The notes: generated from the sequence alone by a model not told the origin. Shown: positions 37,901 to 51,796, numbered from the stretch's first letter. The stretch: 64,000 bases of DNA from Mobula hypostoma (GCF_963921235.1 NC_086108.1:83268001-83332000), one strand, 5' to 3'. Program-made: numbers and translations.

Positions 37901-38627
37901 TCTTGCTGACACACTAGAGCGAGAGAGATGCAAGAAGAGAACAGCTGGCACAGATTTGAGGAAGGCCATCACCTTCATCAAAGAGGGCACTAGGCCTCTT
38001 GTAACCAAACAACCAAAGCCCAATCTGCTAACGGCCAGGTCCTGGGAGATGAGGGTCGATGTGGGAAGGAGGTTGAAGTTCCCGTATATGGTGCACACAA
38101 CCCTACACCTGGACATTGTACTGCGGTCAACGGAAGACAAGAAAATAATTCTGGTCCAGTTGACTGTGCCGTGGGAAGAGGGATGGGAAGAGGCCCACAA
38201 GAGAAAGGCCTTGAGGTACCAGTCCTTACTGCAGGAGTGTAAAGACAAGGGATGGCAGGCATGTTTGTTCCCTGTGGAGATCGGCTGCAGAGGTTTCCCA
38301 GCCAAATCAGCATGACGGTTGTTGTCAGATCTGGACCTGGACGAAAGGAGCAAAAAAAAAACAAGCAGCTCGTAGGATGGGGGAAAGAGGCAGAACGAGC
38401 TTCTTGTTGGATTTGGAGTAGGCGAGAGGAGGGGAGCTGGAAGCCAGGAGCAGATGGGCAGTGATTTGGCCACCACTGCCGGCCCACCAACTGAAGAATG
38501 TTGTGGTTAAGGGTCGAAACACTCGGTGAAGGTTAGGAACCACCTGATGACATCTGTTCCTGGCTGAAGGCTACGGTTATCTTTAAGGTAACTGGAGAAT
38601 GCACCCTAACGGGTGTATGTAACAAGC
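34927..38627 (+). mobile_element. HERO-like RLE non-LTR retrotransposon, apparently full length but disrupted
   Basis: N-terminal CHCGKVCKN.RGLKIHQ zinc finger (~35250-35305); RT motifs FRTISLL, GIPGFSGCLEH, WLDLVNA, PTGCTIS, FMDD; CCHC knuckle and RLE domain; 3' end ...tgtatgtaacaag. Clade assigned from motif recognition only. Confidence 0.85.
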
Positions 38628-38954
38628 AACTCACATTATATTCGCACTAACCTTCCACACTGATCCCTAGCAACCAAACATTACTAACCCATTGCTTACC
38701 AACTGCCAGAGACAAACTCACTAACAATTCTCGGCAGTCAAGCACTTAATGATTGTCAGCAATAAGTAAACCACTTGCACCACTCTCACTTAACCACCAC
38801 ACCCCTTGCTCCTGAACTTAACTGATGTCATTCAAATACTTTGCAATGGTGGTATGCTGAATAAAAAAATGTATTTTATAATGTAAGGGCTATTCATTAG
38901 AAAATAGTGCCTTAGGAGTTAAAATTAAAATTTTCCAGTACTTGAACTCATTTT

Positions 38955-40748
38955 CAGTGGTGCTAGGAAGTTTGTGAACTCTGTAGAATTTTCTCTATTT
39001 CTGCAGAAATATCACCTAAAATGTGATCACATCTTCACACAAGTCCTAAAAATAAAGAGAACAATTAATAACACAAAAAATTATACTTGCTCATTATTGA
39101 GAAAAGTAATTCACTATTACATTATTTGTTGGAAAAAGTATGTGAACCTTTGTTTTCAGTAACTGGTGTGACCCCTTTGTACAGCAATAACTTCAACTAA
39201 ATGTTTCCTGTAACTGTTGATCAGTCTTGCACATTGACTTGGAGGAATTTTACATCATTCCTCCTTACAAAACTGCTTCAACTCTAGGATGTTGGTGTGC
39301 TTCCACGCATGAACTGCTTGTTTCAGGTCTTCCACAACATTTCTGTAGGATTAAGATCAGAACATTGATTCAGCCATTCAAAAACACAAATTTTCTTCTT
39401 TTTCTATCATTCTGTTGTGGATTTACCCTAGTCTTTCAGACCATTGTCTTGTTGCATTATCCAACTTCTAAGCTTCAGGTGACGGACCGCTACCCTGACA
39501 TTCTCCTGTAAGATGTCTCGATACAATTCTGAATTCATTGTTCCCTCAACAATTGCTAGCTGTCCAGGCCCTAGGCAGCAAAGCAGCCCAGAACCATGAT
39601 GCTCCTTCCACCATGCTTCACAGTTGGGTTGAGGCTTGGGCACGTGGCCAAGTGGTTAAGGCTTTCATCTAGTGATTTGAAGGTCGCTGGTTCGAGTCTC
39701 AGCTGTGGCAGCGTGCTTGTGTCCTTGAGCAAGGCACTTAACCACACATTGCTCTAGTGTCCGTGCAGCACACAGACTTCCAATCTGTGCCTTGTAAGGC
39801 ATGAAAATGCCCAATGCAGGCCTCTTAAGGTCTGAGTCAACGTTCCCTCCCCACCTCCTTAGGCATTGGTGTGCAGTGCCCTTCATCCTCCAAAAATAGT
39901 ATAGATTTCTGACAAAAAGTTTAAATTTTGTCTCATCTGTCTACAGAACATTGTTCCCAAAGTGTTGTAGAACATCTAGGTGGTCTTTCGCAAACTTGAA
40001 ATGTGCAGCAATGTTTTTATTTTTGGAGAGCAGTGGTTTCTTCCATAGTGTCCTTCCATGAACACCCTTCTTGTTCAGTGTTTTTCTTATAGTGGACACA
40101 TGAACAGGGACTTCTAGAGGTTTCTGCAGGTCTTTTGCTGTTACCCTTGGGCTCTTTTTCCACTTTCTTCAGCATTGCACATTGTGCTCTTGGTGTGATC
40201 TTTGTAGGCTGCCCACTCGTAGGGAGATAGCAATGGTACCAAGTTTCCTCCATTTGTACACAATTCCTCTTACTGTGGACTAATAAACACTCAGGTCTTT
40301 AGAAATGCCCTTGTAGCCTTTTCCAGCTTCAGGCATCTCCACAATTCTTATTCTTCTGTTTTGATCAAGGAATGGTGCACATAAACAGATCTTTCTTGAG
40401 AAGATCAGGTTCTGTCAGTAACGTGACTTTGTGTGTCTTTTTATTTATATAGGGCAGGGCACCTCTACAACCCACACCTCCAATCTCATCTCATTGATTG
40501 GAATACTTGACTCCAAATAGCTTTGTAGGAGACATTACCCCAGAGGTTCACATGCTTTTTCCAACAAATACATGTAATATTGGATCATTTTTCTCAATAA
40601 ATAAGAATAACGTTTTTGTGTCATTTATTTAAGTGGGTTCACTTTATCTAGTTTTAGGACTTGCGTAAAGATCTGATCACATTTTAGATCATATTTATGC
40701 AGAAATAGAGAAAATTCTACAAGGTTCACAAACTTTCTAGCACCACTG
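38955..40748 (-). mobile_element. Tc1-like DNA transposon, defective
   Basis: TIRs cagtggtgctaggaagtttgtgaac / gttcacaaactttctagcaccactg followed by TA; transposase remnants LPTSGQPTKITPRAQ and WIMQQDN. Confidence 0.88.
39638..39858 (+). mobile_element. tRNA-derived SINE with CORE-like segment, inserted in Tc1
   Basis: A box tggccaagtgg, B box ggttcgagtc, then tgtgtccttgagcaaggcacttaacc. Confidence 0.8.
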
Positions 40749-41419
40749 TATATTTATTTCACAATACATTTACAATAGGATTAGTCAAAAGTTACATTAG
40801 ATTTAGCAAAATCACTTAAGATGGTGAACGACTTTCAGTTATGTCTATTAATTTTTCAAGCTCTGGTTTAGACAGTGAGCAATGCATCAAACCTTACATT
40901 CTATCTGGAACAAATGACTTTTTATATATAGATATTTATCAAGCAAATATTCTAATACAATAGCAGAAATACTTGCTTAGGAACAGATCTGTTACTGTCA
41001 CAAGCTATTACTGGAAGAAATGATAAATTACAATAATTACAAAAGATACAAGTCTGATGAGGGGATGAATGAATACGTTTAACATTACCAAACACTCCTG
41101 TAATGAAGTATCTGCTTGATGACACAGACAATATCAAATTTGAGCAACATCACCTAAAGCCCAAAATTACCCAGAAATTATGTGATGATTACTTTTCTCC
41201 CCCAATGTGTAACATAAATTTGATGTGGTTAAGTTGTAGATGTTAGCTAATTTAATACCAGAGCTTTCTATGCATCTCCTGAAACCGTCTATAAAAGGAG
41301 GGAGAAAGCAATGAGTACAAATTTCTAAGGAGACACGTGCCTCTAAGCAAAAAAATATGTAGCGTTTGATTTAATGTAAACAAGAGAACTAAGTGAAAGC
41401 TAATTTATAACATTACATC

Positions 41420-41577
41420 AGGATGCCACAGTAGCTTAGTGGTTAACACAGTGCTATTACAGCTCAAGGCATCGGAATTCAGAGTTTAATACCAGCACCA
41501 TCTTTAAGGAGTTTGTACATTGTCCCCACATTGCATGTGTTTCCTCCAGGTGCTCCGATTTCCTCCCACATTTCAAA
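41420..41577 (+). mobile_element. HE1/V-type SINE fragment
   Basis: A-box-like tagcttagtgg; V-domain-like gtttcctccaggtgctccgatttcctcccaca. Confidence 0.7.
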
Positions 41578-42236
41578 TCGCCTCAAACTCCTAATGGAGT
41601 ATAACTGATGACATGCCTTTTTAATAATTGCATCAATATAGATCCTCCCTGGCCCTGTTGAAGGTTATGCTTCATCCACACATTTGACTCTATTCCAGTC
41701 ATGCTCCATCAGTACACCTGCCCGTGGTATGACAATTGGCAGACATACTCCACCAACTTTGCAAATGACTAACACTGGTCTAGAGAATCTGAGGTTGTAG
41801 AGAAGGTTGAACAAATATTAAGGAGAGATGTACCGACTATTTGTGTGCTTAGATGAGTAAATAGAGAAAGTGTGCCAATTAATAAGATCCAAACCTGTTC
41901 CTAAGTATTTCTGCTATTGTATTAGAATATTTGCTTGATAATCAACCATATACAGAAAGTAATTTGTTTCAGATAGAATGTAAGGTTTGATGCATTGCTC
42001 ACTGTCCAAACCAGAGTATGAAAGAATGATTGACATAACTGAAAATCATTCACCACCTTCAAGTGATTTTGCTAAATCTAATGTAACTTGACTAATTCTG
42101 TTGTAAATATATTGTAAAATGAATATAAATGAATTCAAGTGGCTGGAAAAATTAATTTCAACTCCTAAAGCATTTTTTACGAATGAAAAGCCCTTGAATT
42201 TTTTTTATTCAGCACACCACCATTGTCAACATAAAA

Positions 42237-44172
42237 GACAAACAGAGGGCATATAATAGAGCAAAAATTAGTGGGAAGTTAGAAGATCGGGAAGCTTTTA
42301 AAAACTAACAGAAGGCAACTACAAAAAGTAAAGATAGAAGACGATAGTAAGCTAGCCAATAATATTAAAGAGGATACTAAATGTTTCTTCAGGTATATAA
42401 AGTGTAAAAGACAGATGAGAGTGGATATTGGACAGCTGGAAAATGATGCTGGAGGGGTAATAACGGAGGACAACGAAATGGCAGATGAACTGAATAAGTA
42501 TTTTGCATCAGTCTTCACTGTGAAACACACTAGCAGTATGGCGGAAGTTCCAGGTGTCAGGGGTCATGAAGTGTGTGAAGTTACCACAACTAAACAGAGG
42601 GCTCTTGGGAAACTGAAATGTCTGAAGGTAGATAAGTCGCCTGGACCAGATGATATACACCCCAGTATTCTGAAAGAGCTGGCTGAAGAGATCGTGGAGG
42701 CATTAGTAATGATCTTTCAAGAATCAGTAGATTCTGGAATGGTTCCAGAAGACTAGAAAATTGCAGATGTCAGTCCACTCTTCAAGAAAAGAGAGGCAGT
42801 AAAAAAGGAAACTATAGACCTGTTAGTCTAACCTCAGTGGTGGGGAAGATGTTGGAGTCAATTATCAAGAATGCGGTCTTAGGGTACTTGAAATCACACA
42901 ATAAAATAAGCCATAATCAGCACGGTTTCCTCAAGAGAAAATCCTGCCTGACAAATCTGTTGGAATTCTTTTCATAAATAACAAGCAGGATAGATAACGG
43001 AGAATCAGTTGAGGTTGAGTACTTGGATTTTCAGAAGGCTTTTGACAAGGTGCCATACACGATGCTGTTAACAAGTATAAGCCATGCTATCACAAGAAAG
43101 ATTCTAGCATGGATAAAGCAGTGGCTGATTGGCAGGAGGCAAAGAGTGGGAATAAACAGAGCCTTTTCTGGTTGGCTGCTGGTGACTAGTGATGTCCCAC
43201 AGGGGTCTGTGTTGGGATCGATTCTTTTTACATTACATGTCAATAATTTGGATGATGGAATTAATGGTTTTGTTGCAAAGTTTATAGGTGATACGAAGAT
43301 TGGTGGATTGGGGAAGTAGAGAGGCTACAGAAGGATGGACAGATTAGGAGAATGGGCAAAGAAATGGCGGATGGAATACAGTGTTGGGAAGTGTATGGTC
43401 ATAAATGTCTGGAAGAAGAAATGGAGAGAAAATACAAGAAAACTAAGCTGCAAAGGGACCTGGGAGTTCTTGTGCAGGATTCCCTAAAGGTTAATTTGCA
43501 ACTTGAGTCTGTGGAGAAGAAGGCAAATGCAATGTTAGCATTCATTTCAAGAAGACTAAAATCTAAAAGCAAGGATGTAATGTTGAAACTTTATAAAGCA
43601 CTGGTGGGGCATCACTCGGAGTATTGTGAGTAGTTTCGGCCCCCTTATCTTTGAAAGGATGGGCTGAAACTGGAGACAGTTCAAAGGAGGTTCACAAAAA
43701 TGATTCCAGGATTGAATGACTTGTCATATGAAGAGTGCTTGAAGGCTCTGGACCTGTATTCATTAAAATTCAGAAAAATGAAGGGTGACCTCATTGAAAC
43801 CAATTGAATAGTGAAAGGCCTTGAGAGAGCGTATGCGGAGAGGATGTTTCCTATGATGGGAGAGTGTAAAACCAGACAACACAGCCTCAGAATTGAGGGG
43901 CGTCCTTTTAGGATGGAGATGAGGAGGAATTTCCTTAGCCAGAGTGAGGTAAATCTGTGGAATTCGTTGCCACAGGCAGCTGTGGAGGCCAAGTCTTTAT
44001 GTATATTTAAGGCAGAGGTTGATAGATTCTTGATTGGTCAGGGCACGAAGGGATATGGAGAGAAGGCAGGAAATTAAGGTTGAGAAGAAAATTGGATCAG
44101 TCATGATGAAAAGGCAGAGAAGACTTGATGGGCCAAATGGCCTAAATCTGCTCCTATACCTTATGGCCTAAT
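42237..44172 (+). mobile_element. 5'-truncated CR1 LINE
   Basis: ORFs 42415..42756 (KSPGPDDIHP), 43023..43319 (DFQKAFDKVP, PQGSVLG) and 43811..44077; CR1-type tail. Confidence 0.9.
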
Positions 44173-45340
44173 AGATGGGTCAAGTACTAGAGAGCCCAGA
44201 TTTAAAGAGATTTCAAAAGAGGCTTCAGGGTGACAGGTGGAAAAACAAGATCAGCCTTTACTGCACATCTCTTATTGCCAAGATTGCAGTGAAGAGCTAC
44301 CATCTTAACCTCTGCAGTCTTTTTGGTGAAGGCATTTCCACCATACTGTTTGGTAATGAGTTCATCAATATTGTTGAGAATGACACATTTGTAAGTTAGG
44401 ACGGTGTGCAAACTGGGAATGGAACCAGCAGATGGCAGTATTCCCTTATGTCTGAAGCCTTCATCTTCTTGGGTTCCTTTCATTTTCTCTTGGTTACAGG
44501 GCTGGTTGGTTGGTTCTCTCAAGATCGTCTTATGGAAGTAGCAGAAGTTTAATTTGTAGGTGATACATACTACAACCACTGCAAGTCAGTGGTGGAAGAA
44601 ACAAACTTACAAAATACCAGTTAAGTGAGCTTTTCTTAACCTGGAAAACTCAAGAGTTCCTTGAGTGTTTTCAGTATTAGTCATCCAGGCATGTGTAGAG
44701 TATTTAATCATGTTCTTAATTGCTGTTTTAAATAACGGTGCAAGTGCCTTGGGTTGTCAAAAGATGAATCTCTGATAGTCACAGTATTTGTGTGTCTGAC
44801 CCAGTCACATTTCTAGTAATGGTGTATCCATGGAAGCTGAAGGTAGAGGACTCAGTGCTGGTAATAGCACTAAGTTTCAAGGATTCTTGTTGGAAATGGT
44901 TACTGACACTTCTGTGCCATTAACTTTGCTTATAAGCCCATGCCTCAATGCACTCTTGGTCTTGCTCCCTGCAAGTGTGGCTTAATTCATTTGCTGAGAA
45001 TTTACAATTAAAATTGGACAATATTCAATCAACAAAGAATCCCATTTCTGAGACTTCCCAAGGTGATTGAAGAAATGTCCAAGGTCTGGGATGATAGACT
45101 TCCAACAACCTAAATTATCCTCATTTTGTGCAAAGTATAACCCCAAGCATTGGACAGTTTTCCCCCATAATGCCTATTGTCTACAATTTTACCAGAGTTT
45201 CATGATATCACAGTCTGAAATTCTACCTTGATATCAAAGGCAGTCACTTTTATTTCACCTCTAGAATTCTTCTCCAAGAGTCATAGCACAGCCCAAAGTG
45301 GGCTTCAGTGAACAGAACATTCAGTGGTAGTAGGCCAAGT

Positions 45341-45450
45341 AGTGCTGCTCTCTCATTGAATTTGAATGAGAGAATAGGATATTCAGTGCTGCTCTCTCAT
45401 TGAATTTGAATGAGAGAATAGGATATTCAGTGCTGCTCTCTCATTCAATT
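45341..45450. repeat. 44-bp tandem repeat, ~2.5 copies
   Basis: agtgctgctctctcattgaatttgaatgagagaataggatattc starts at 45341, 45385 and 45429. Confidence 0.9.
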
Positions 45451-45454
45451 GGGT

Positions 45455-46490
45455 CATAGCCGTTTCTCTCATCTTCATACAGTATCTGCACCCTTCCCCC
45501 ATACCACCTAATACTTTGGATTTCTAACAATCTATCCTTTCGTTACATTTATTAAGCAACTTGATCTCTACATCCCTCTATGGTAGAGAATTATATGGAC
45601 TCACCATCCTCTGCATGAAGAATTTTCTCTTCAACTTACTCCTCAATGTCTTATTCTACAAGACCCTATTTCAAATACCCAAGCCAGGGGAAATATCCTC
45701 CTGTACTCAAAAGCTATTGTAATAAATGCCAACATACCATTTGCTTTATTAAATGCTTCTGTAACCTGGAAGTTTACTTTCAATGAGTGGTGTATAACGG
45801 CACCCGTCTCTTTGTGTGGTGTTAACATTTCCTAAAATATCACTTAAATACTATTCTCTGCACTTCTCCTTTCATATAACATTTATCTATCAGAGACCAC
45901 ACTATTATGTATTTGCCCAATCATTCAACTCATCTGTATCACTTTAAAGTCTTGTTGCATCTTGTTCATTACACACAATCCCATCTAGTTTTGCATAATT
46001 AGCAAACTTGGAAGTATATTTGGTTCCTTCAAATTACTAATATTGTGTCTAGCTGAAGCCAAAGCATTAATCCCTGCCATTCCCCTATTACTGTCTGGCA
46101 ACACAATGAAGAACTATTTATACCAGTCTTTCAACCAAACTTTCATTACAGGCTAAAATACCAGCCTCAAACTTATGTACTTTAATCTTGTAGAATAACC
46201 TTTTACTAGGGACATTACTAAAGGCCTTTTAAAAAAGCAACTTTGTCAAATCTACTGTTTTCTCTCATCTGTTCTATTAGTTAAATCCTCAAAAAATTCA
46301 AGTCAATTTGTCAATTACTATTTTGCTTCCATAAATTTGTTGATTTTGCCAAATTCTGTTGATTTCCCACTCTCCTGTTATCATATACTTTATCATAAAG
46401 CTTGCCATTTTCTATGCCACTGGCATTAAGCTATCTGCTCTGTGAGTCCTTACTTTCCTTTCTCCCTTCTTTCTTAAATAGTGAGGTATT
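45455..46490 (-). mobile_element. Highly decayed CR1
   Basis: ORF 45643..45828 (HHSLKVNFQV...KANGMLAFI...EYR). Confidence 0.6.
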
Positions 46491-48050
46491 GCTGGCTAGT
46501 TTATTGATTCAATACCCATCACTTTTTTGATGTTTAATCTAGATTGATCTGGCAATAATTAAATAAATTGGAAGGATTTGTCCTTTCTTCTCACCCACAA
46601 ACATAAGTGGGCAATTAATTATAGATGCCACTGTTTCAACTGTACTGGAATTCTTTGGCCTAGGCAAGGTTCTGAATGGAGATTTTTAGTATTTAGAATC
46701 ATCTGGTTCTTGAATCAGCCAGCACAATCCTAATCACGAGAGTTCAGCACTACTATGACCAGTTTAATGAGTTTGCACTAAAATGGAATTTTTGTTGGTT
46801 CTAATCGTGTTCTAGTAAAAATGTTAATTTATGTTTTTCTTGTGAATGCTGCTTATATGCCAAGTGTCAATGACATTGCTGTAAGTTTCACTTGCACACA
46901 TAAGCACTTGTACATATGATAATAAACTCAATTCTGATTTTTATATAAGTGTCAGGCCCCATAATAGACCTTGCTGTATTCATTCATTTCCAGATGTCTC
47001 AACGAGACAACTAAATTGGCTAAGACTGCTTTTATATTGGTGGAGATCGTAGCCTGAAGCAAAGAAGGAGCAGCCTTTCTAGCTGAGCATGGTTGGAAAT
47101 ACTTCAGCCTTGTCCTTAGCACTCACATAGTAAATTATTACAGCTGAATAAGTTATTGCAGCTCCCTCTTCTCCTGTAAGCTGTTTATCTATCTGCTACC
47201 GTTCATGGCAACATGCTCATAGGGGAGAGCTGGGGGTGTGGCCCTGAAAATTATTATAAAAATTATTAAATCTGTATCAGTTTACTGTTGAGGACAAAAT
47301 AACAGAAAATGTTTAGTTGGTCAAGTTTGAAAATAACAGTTCATGTCTTATCAACATACGTTGAAGATGCAGTTAAAAAAGCGGTCAGTAGATTGTCAAT
47401 GGATTACAAATAGGTTTTCCAATTGACATGAGATAATAAACGGTGTCCTATAGGAATCAGCGTCACAGCTACAAATATTCAATCAGATTTATTAAGGGCC
47501 AGCAGCATGTGAATAAAGAAACAGTAAATTATGGTTATTAAGCAAAAGAGCGAAACTGTGCAAAATGGAGTCCAATGATAGACTAAAATATTCTCCAAAT
47601 GATAAAAATAGAGGTGGGGCCTAAAAAGATAATGTACCTTTATTATTAAAATGAAATATACAGATACAGAAAATCATCAATATGGCTAATGAAATTCTGA
47701 TCTGAAGGACTGTAACACAAAAAGTTACAAGTTATGCTACAGTTATGCTGCAGACATACAAAAAGCTGGTCAGACCACATCTTCCACACTGTGAGCTACT
47801 CCCTGTTGTGACAGAAGTATCATGAAAGTCTACAAATACAAGTATTTTAAAGTACAGTGTGGAAAGAATACAAGGAAGTTTTATGGTTTTTCCCCAAGGA
47901 AAGGCATTGGTCATTAAGAACATTTCTTACTGTTCTTTCAATATTGCCTTGCAACCTCAATATCCATGAAACAAATAAATGGAATAAAGGCAAAAAGAAT
48001 GGCTCTCTCCATTCCTCTAGTAAAAATCATCAAACACTACTTTGTGTTTA

Positions 48051-48323
<273 letters not shown>

Positions 48324-50639
48324 TCACTCCCATGTGCCCAGCCCCTAGTTTCACTCTGCCACAGTAGGTGAATCTAGCAAGGTCTCATTCGGTTTTAAAA
48401 AAATGCAGCTTAGGTCAGATTTTCTTTTATCCCTTTATTTCCATGTATGGTTTTAAATAATCATGTAGCTGCATGTGCTTTCAACTAAAAACTATTTTTG
48501 AAGTAATTTTAACTATTTAGTTTTTCAACAGCTTTCAAATATCAGAGTGACTTGGAAAGTTGAAGGTCTTAAGACAGGACAAGCTAAAGACTGATCCTGT
48601 GACCCATTTGCTAATTGCCATTAGCAGTCTGCAATGCCACATGGAAAGGGATAGGCAGTCATGTTATCAGTGTACACTTCATATTATAGTAATGCTTAAA
48701 ATTTAAAATAATATAAATTTTACAATATCAAGTTGTAACAGTAGTATAGAGCACTAATAATTAAACAAAGGGAAATGTCATTATACCATTACAATAATTC
48801 TCAAATCAAAAATAACATTATTGGAAACAGAAAAGTGTTCCTGAAGTTACAGTACTGAGCAGTCAATGCTTTAATTTTAAATTCACGTACAAAAGGGATT
48901 TTGCCCCTTTGCTAAAAGAAATGCGACTTTATTATTTATTCTATCTAGGCTCCACATATAGTAACTTTATACACTGCCATAGTTTCCCTCAGCCTCCCAA
49001 TTTACCAAAAAACTTTCCAATCCCCTCCGCATCTCTCCAATGCAACTGTATGTTTATAAGAGGTAGCTTAAGTAAATACAGTAAAATTATTTAACCCTAA
49101 ACACCTATGGTTGCCAGTGTATCTTAACGTTGTGATACTGTTGCAGCAATGAAAGATGATGTAAAGATCATTAACATTAAAGTAATGAATAAGTAAAACT
49201 CCAGTAATCCACTATCCCACAGATCAGAAATCCCAATGGTTTGGCAGCTAGCACAGTGCCACCACACTCCCAGATGCTTTGTATACTTAGAGACGTGGTC
49301 CCTCAAGTTCAACAGCAAAATACATAATCAAATAAGTCAAAAATAGTATTCACTACACAGAATGTCCTACAAAATAATTTTCTAGAACTTGCAGTTTATG
49401 GAATCAGGCCACTAACTTCTGACTGTTGTCAGCTAGAACAGATATGCTGGGATAGAACACATATATTACTGTAGAAAATATCTACTGGGCTCATACCTAC
49501 AAAGGACAGGATGTGAAAAGGTTAAGGCCAAAATATTGATCAAGTTAGAACTAAGGATGGGTTGAAATATCCAAAGGATCATGGTTCTTAAAGAAAGCGA
49601 CATGAGCATTAAAGGAATAACAGTCCGTGAGATAGAACAGAGCTAATAAGATATGGTTCAATCTTCAGGATCAACTTTGGTAATAAATAAGACATTCCCC
49701 CCCACCCCCAAGGACCAGGGTAAAATTGTGCAGAAAATTGATTATTAGGGATAGACTACCAGATCAAAGAGAAAACATGTATTAAAGAGCAAGACTGAAC
49801 CAGGGAGAGACAGGGAGATGGGAATACAATTGGAAAACAAGGGGAAAAAAAATTGCCGCCAACAGGGCACAGCAGGAGGAAAAAAGACATATGCCATAGT
49901 CACTCAAAAAAGACTCTGAGGATTTGAGGAACAGACTGTTGTTGATAAGTATGGTTCTTTGTACTATATCCAACCTAAATCTGTTGTACATATAACTATT
50001 ATACCCATATTCCTTTCGTATACAAGAAAAGCATCAAGTTCAGCCTTGACTGTTCCTTCACTGACTAAACAATCAGAAACTCCAGGGGTTGAAGATTCCA
50101 AAGATTCAAAAGTAAGTGAAGAAATTTCTCCTAAATTGCTTATACTGGAGCCAAAACTGCTTATCCTGGAACTAAAGTTGCCACCTGCTGAGCTCTACAC
50201 TCTCCAGCCTCAGGCTGTCAGAATCTCTCACAAGCCAATCATTTTCAGAAACTTACTTTGATGATATTTCATTTGTTCCTAAATACTATTGACAGTCTTC
50301 CTTGTTTTCAGCTTGCTAATAGTTATTTACCTTTCGACCTGAGAGCTTGAATCATTTTTCAATCTGTAGTGGCATGTTAATTTTTTTTTGCTTTCATCGA
50401 TCAGCAATCTCACCTGCACTAACAAAATAGCAGAGGCCCATCATCCATTCCCATGGCAAACCATTATTAATAGGCCACATATTTAAAATGGTCCTTAATT
50501 CCCAATTTGTTTTCTTAACTTTTAACAACATTATCTAAAACCAAACTATCTTCTCATATTTCATAAGATTGTCATTACAAATGTCAAGGTTGTAAATCAG
50601 GCCCTTTGTAGTGCTCCTGTAGATGGACTTGAAACTTAC

Positions 50640-50719
50640 TGGTTTCCCTGACATTGATATAAAGTCTCAACTTCACGGAACACCCTACTTCGGCTCAGAT
50701 CGGACTTCTTCTCAATGAC
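50640..50719 (-). CDS. MKNK1: MKNK1 exon (VIEKKSDLSRSRVFREVETLYQCQGN)
   Basis: cag|GTC ... AAC CA|gtaagt; 80 nt. REVETLYQCQGN is MNK1-type (MNK2 has REVEMLYQCQGH). Confidence 0.97.
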
Positions 50720-50999
50720 CTGCAAGGAAGACACAGTGTGCTTTGAACTGTTCCAAGCATTGTAAAAGAAACACGTGTACTGCTTTGGATTGCTTCATGT
50801 TGGAACAGGATTAATCCTCCTAGATATTGAATATCCCCATCACATTAAGATATTATGAATTCATCAAAAGTCATAATTCCCATGCCTAGATGACATCAGC
50901 AGATACAAGCTTAAGGAAATCACAATAGCTACTGGTGTAACTGTAAGGCCACCAAACTCTTTGTATTCTGCTAGTGAGAGATCTAAACTTCCGAATAAA

Positions 51000-51480
51000 C
51001 CTACGTATAACAGATGCTCAACTAAAAACAGACTAAATAAACTCATCAAAAAGGCTGGATCCACCCTTGGCTACAACCTGGACTCTTTTGAGTTAGTGGT
51101 AGGGAGGAGGCCACTAAAGAAACTGTTATCCATTATGGACAATGAGGAACATCCTCTCCATAACCTACTGAATAAACAGTGGAGCACCCTTTAGAACAGG
51201 CTCATTCAGCTCTGCTGTTACAAGGATCGTTACAAAAAATCTTTCCTACAAAATGCAATAAGCATATACAACAGTTCATCTCTGTGCGACAGGAGAACAC
51301 AGAGTGCAATAGTCTCTGTTTTATTACTTCGTACATTATTGCACAGTAGTTCACATTGTAAATTAGTGTATATTATTCTGTACTTTATTAGTTAATATTA
51401 TTATATTTATTATTGCTAAGTGTATTTTTAAATGTTGCTGATGTAACAAAATGACTTCCCACTGGGGATCAATAAAGTTA
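51000..51480 (+). mobile_element. Rex1/Babar-like 3' fragment
   Basis: RLNKLIKKAGS...KLLSIMDN..HPLH; tail ggggatcaataaagt. Confidence 0.7.
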
Positions 51481-51796
51481 GTATTATTAACTTGCGAGTT
51501 TCCAACTGTTCAACATGTTTCACCTGAATGGAATTTTGTTTGTAATGATTATATTCATTACATCAACATGGCAATCGAATAATAAAATCAAATGCAAAGA
51601 TGATACAGATAGGCTTGAGGGACAGAGGATTAACAAAGTTAGTATTATTAACTTGCGAGTTTCCAACTGTTCAACATGTTTCACCTGAATGGAATTTTGT
51701 TTGTAATGATTATATTCATTACATCAACATGGCAATCGAATAATAAAATCAAATGCAAAGATGATACAGATAGGCTTGAGGGACAGAGGATTAACA
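51474..51796. repeat. 161-bp direct tandem duplication, two apparently identical copies
   Basis: gtattattaacttgcgag at 51481 and 51642; ...ggattaaca ends at 51635 and 51796. Confidence 0.92.

Noticed and set aside
37859..38476. 205-aa antisense ORF (and 34159..34656)
   Set aside because: Antisense shadows of the retrotransposon RLE coding region, with different lengths in the two copies.
45341..45450. CRISPR-like array
   Set aside because: No unique spacers, and the context is a eukaryotic intron; it is a plain tandem repeat.
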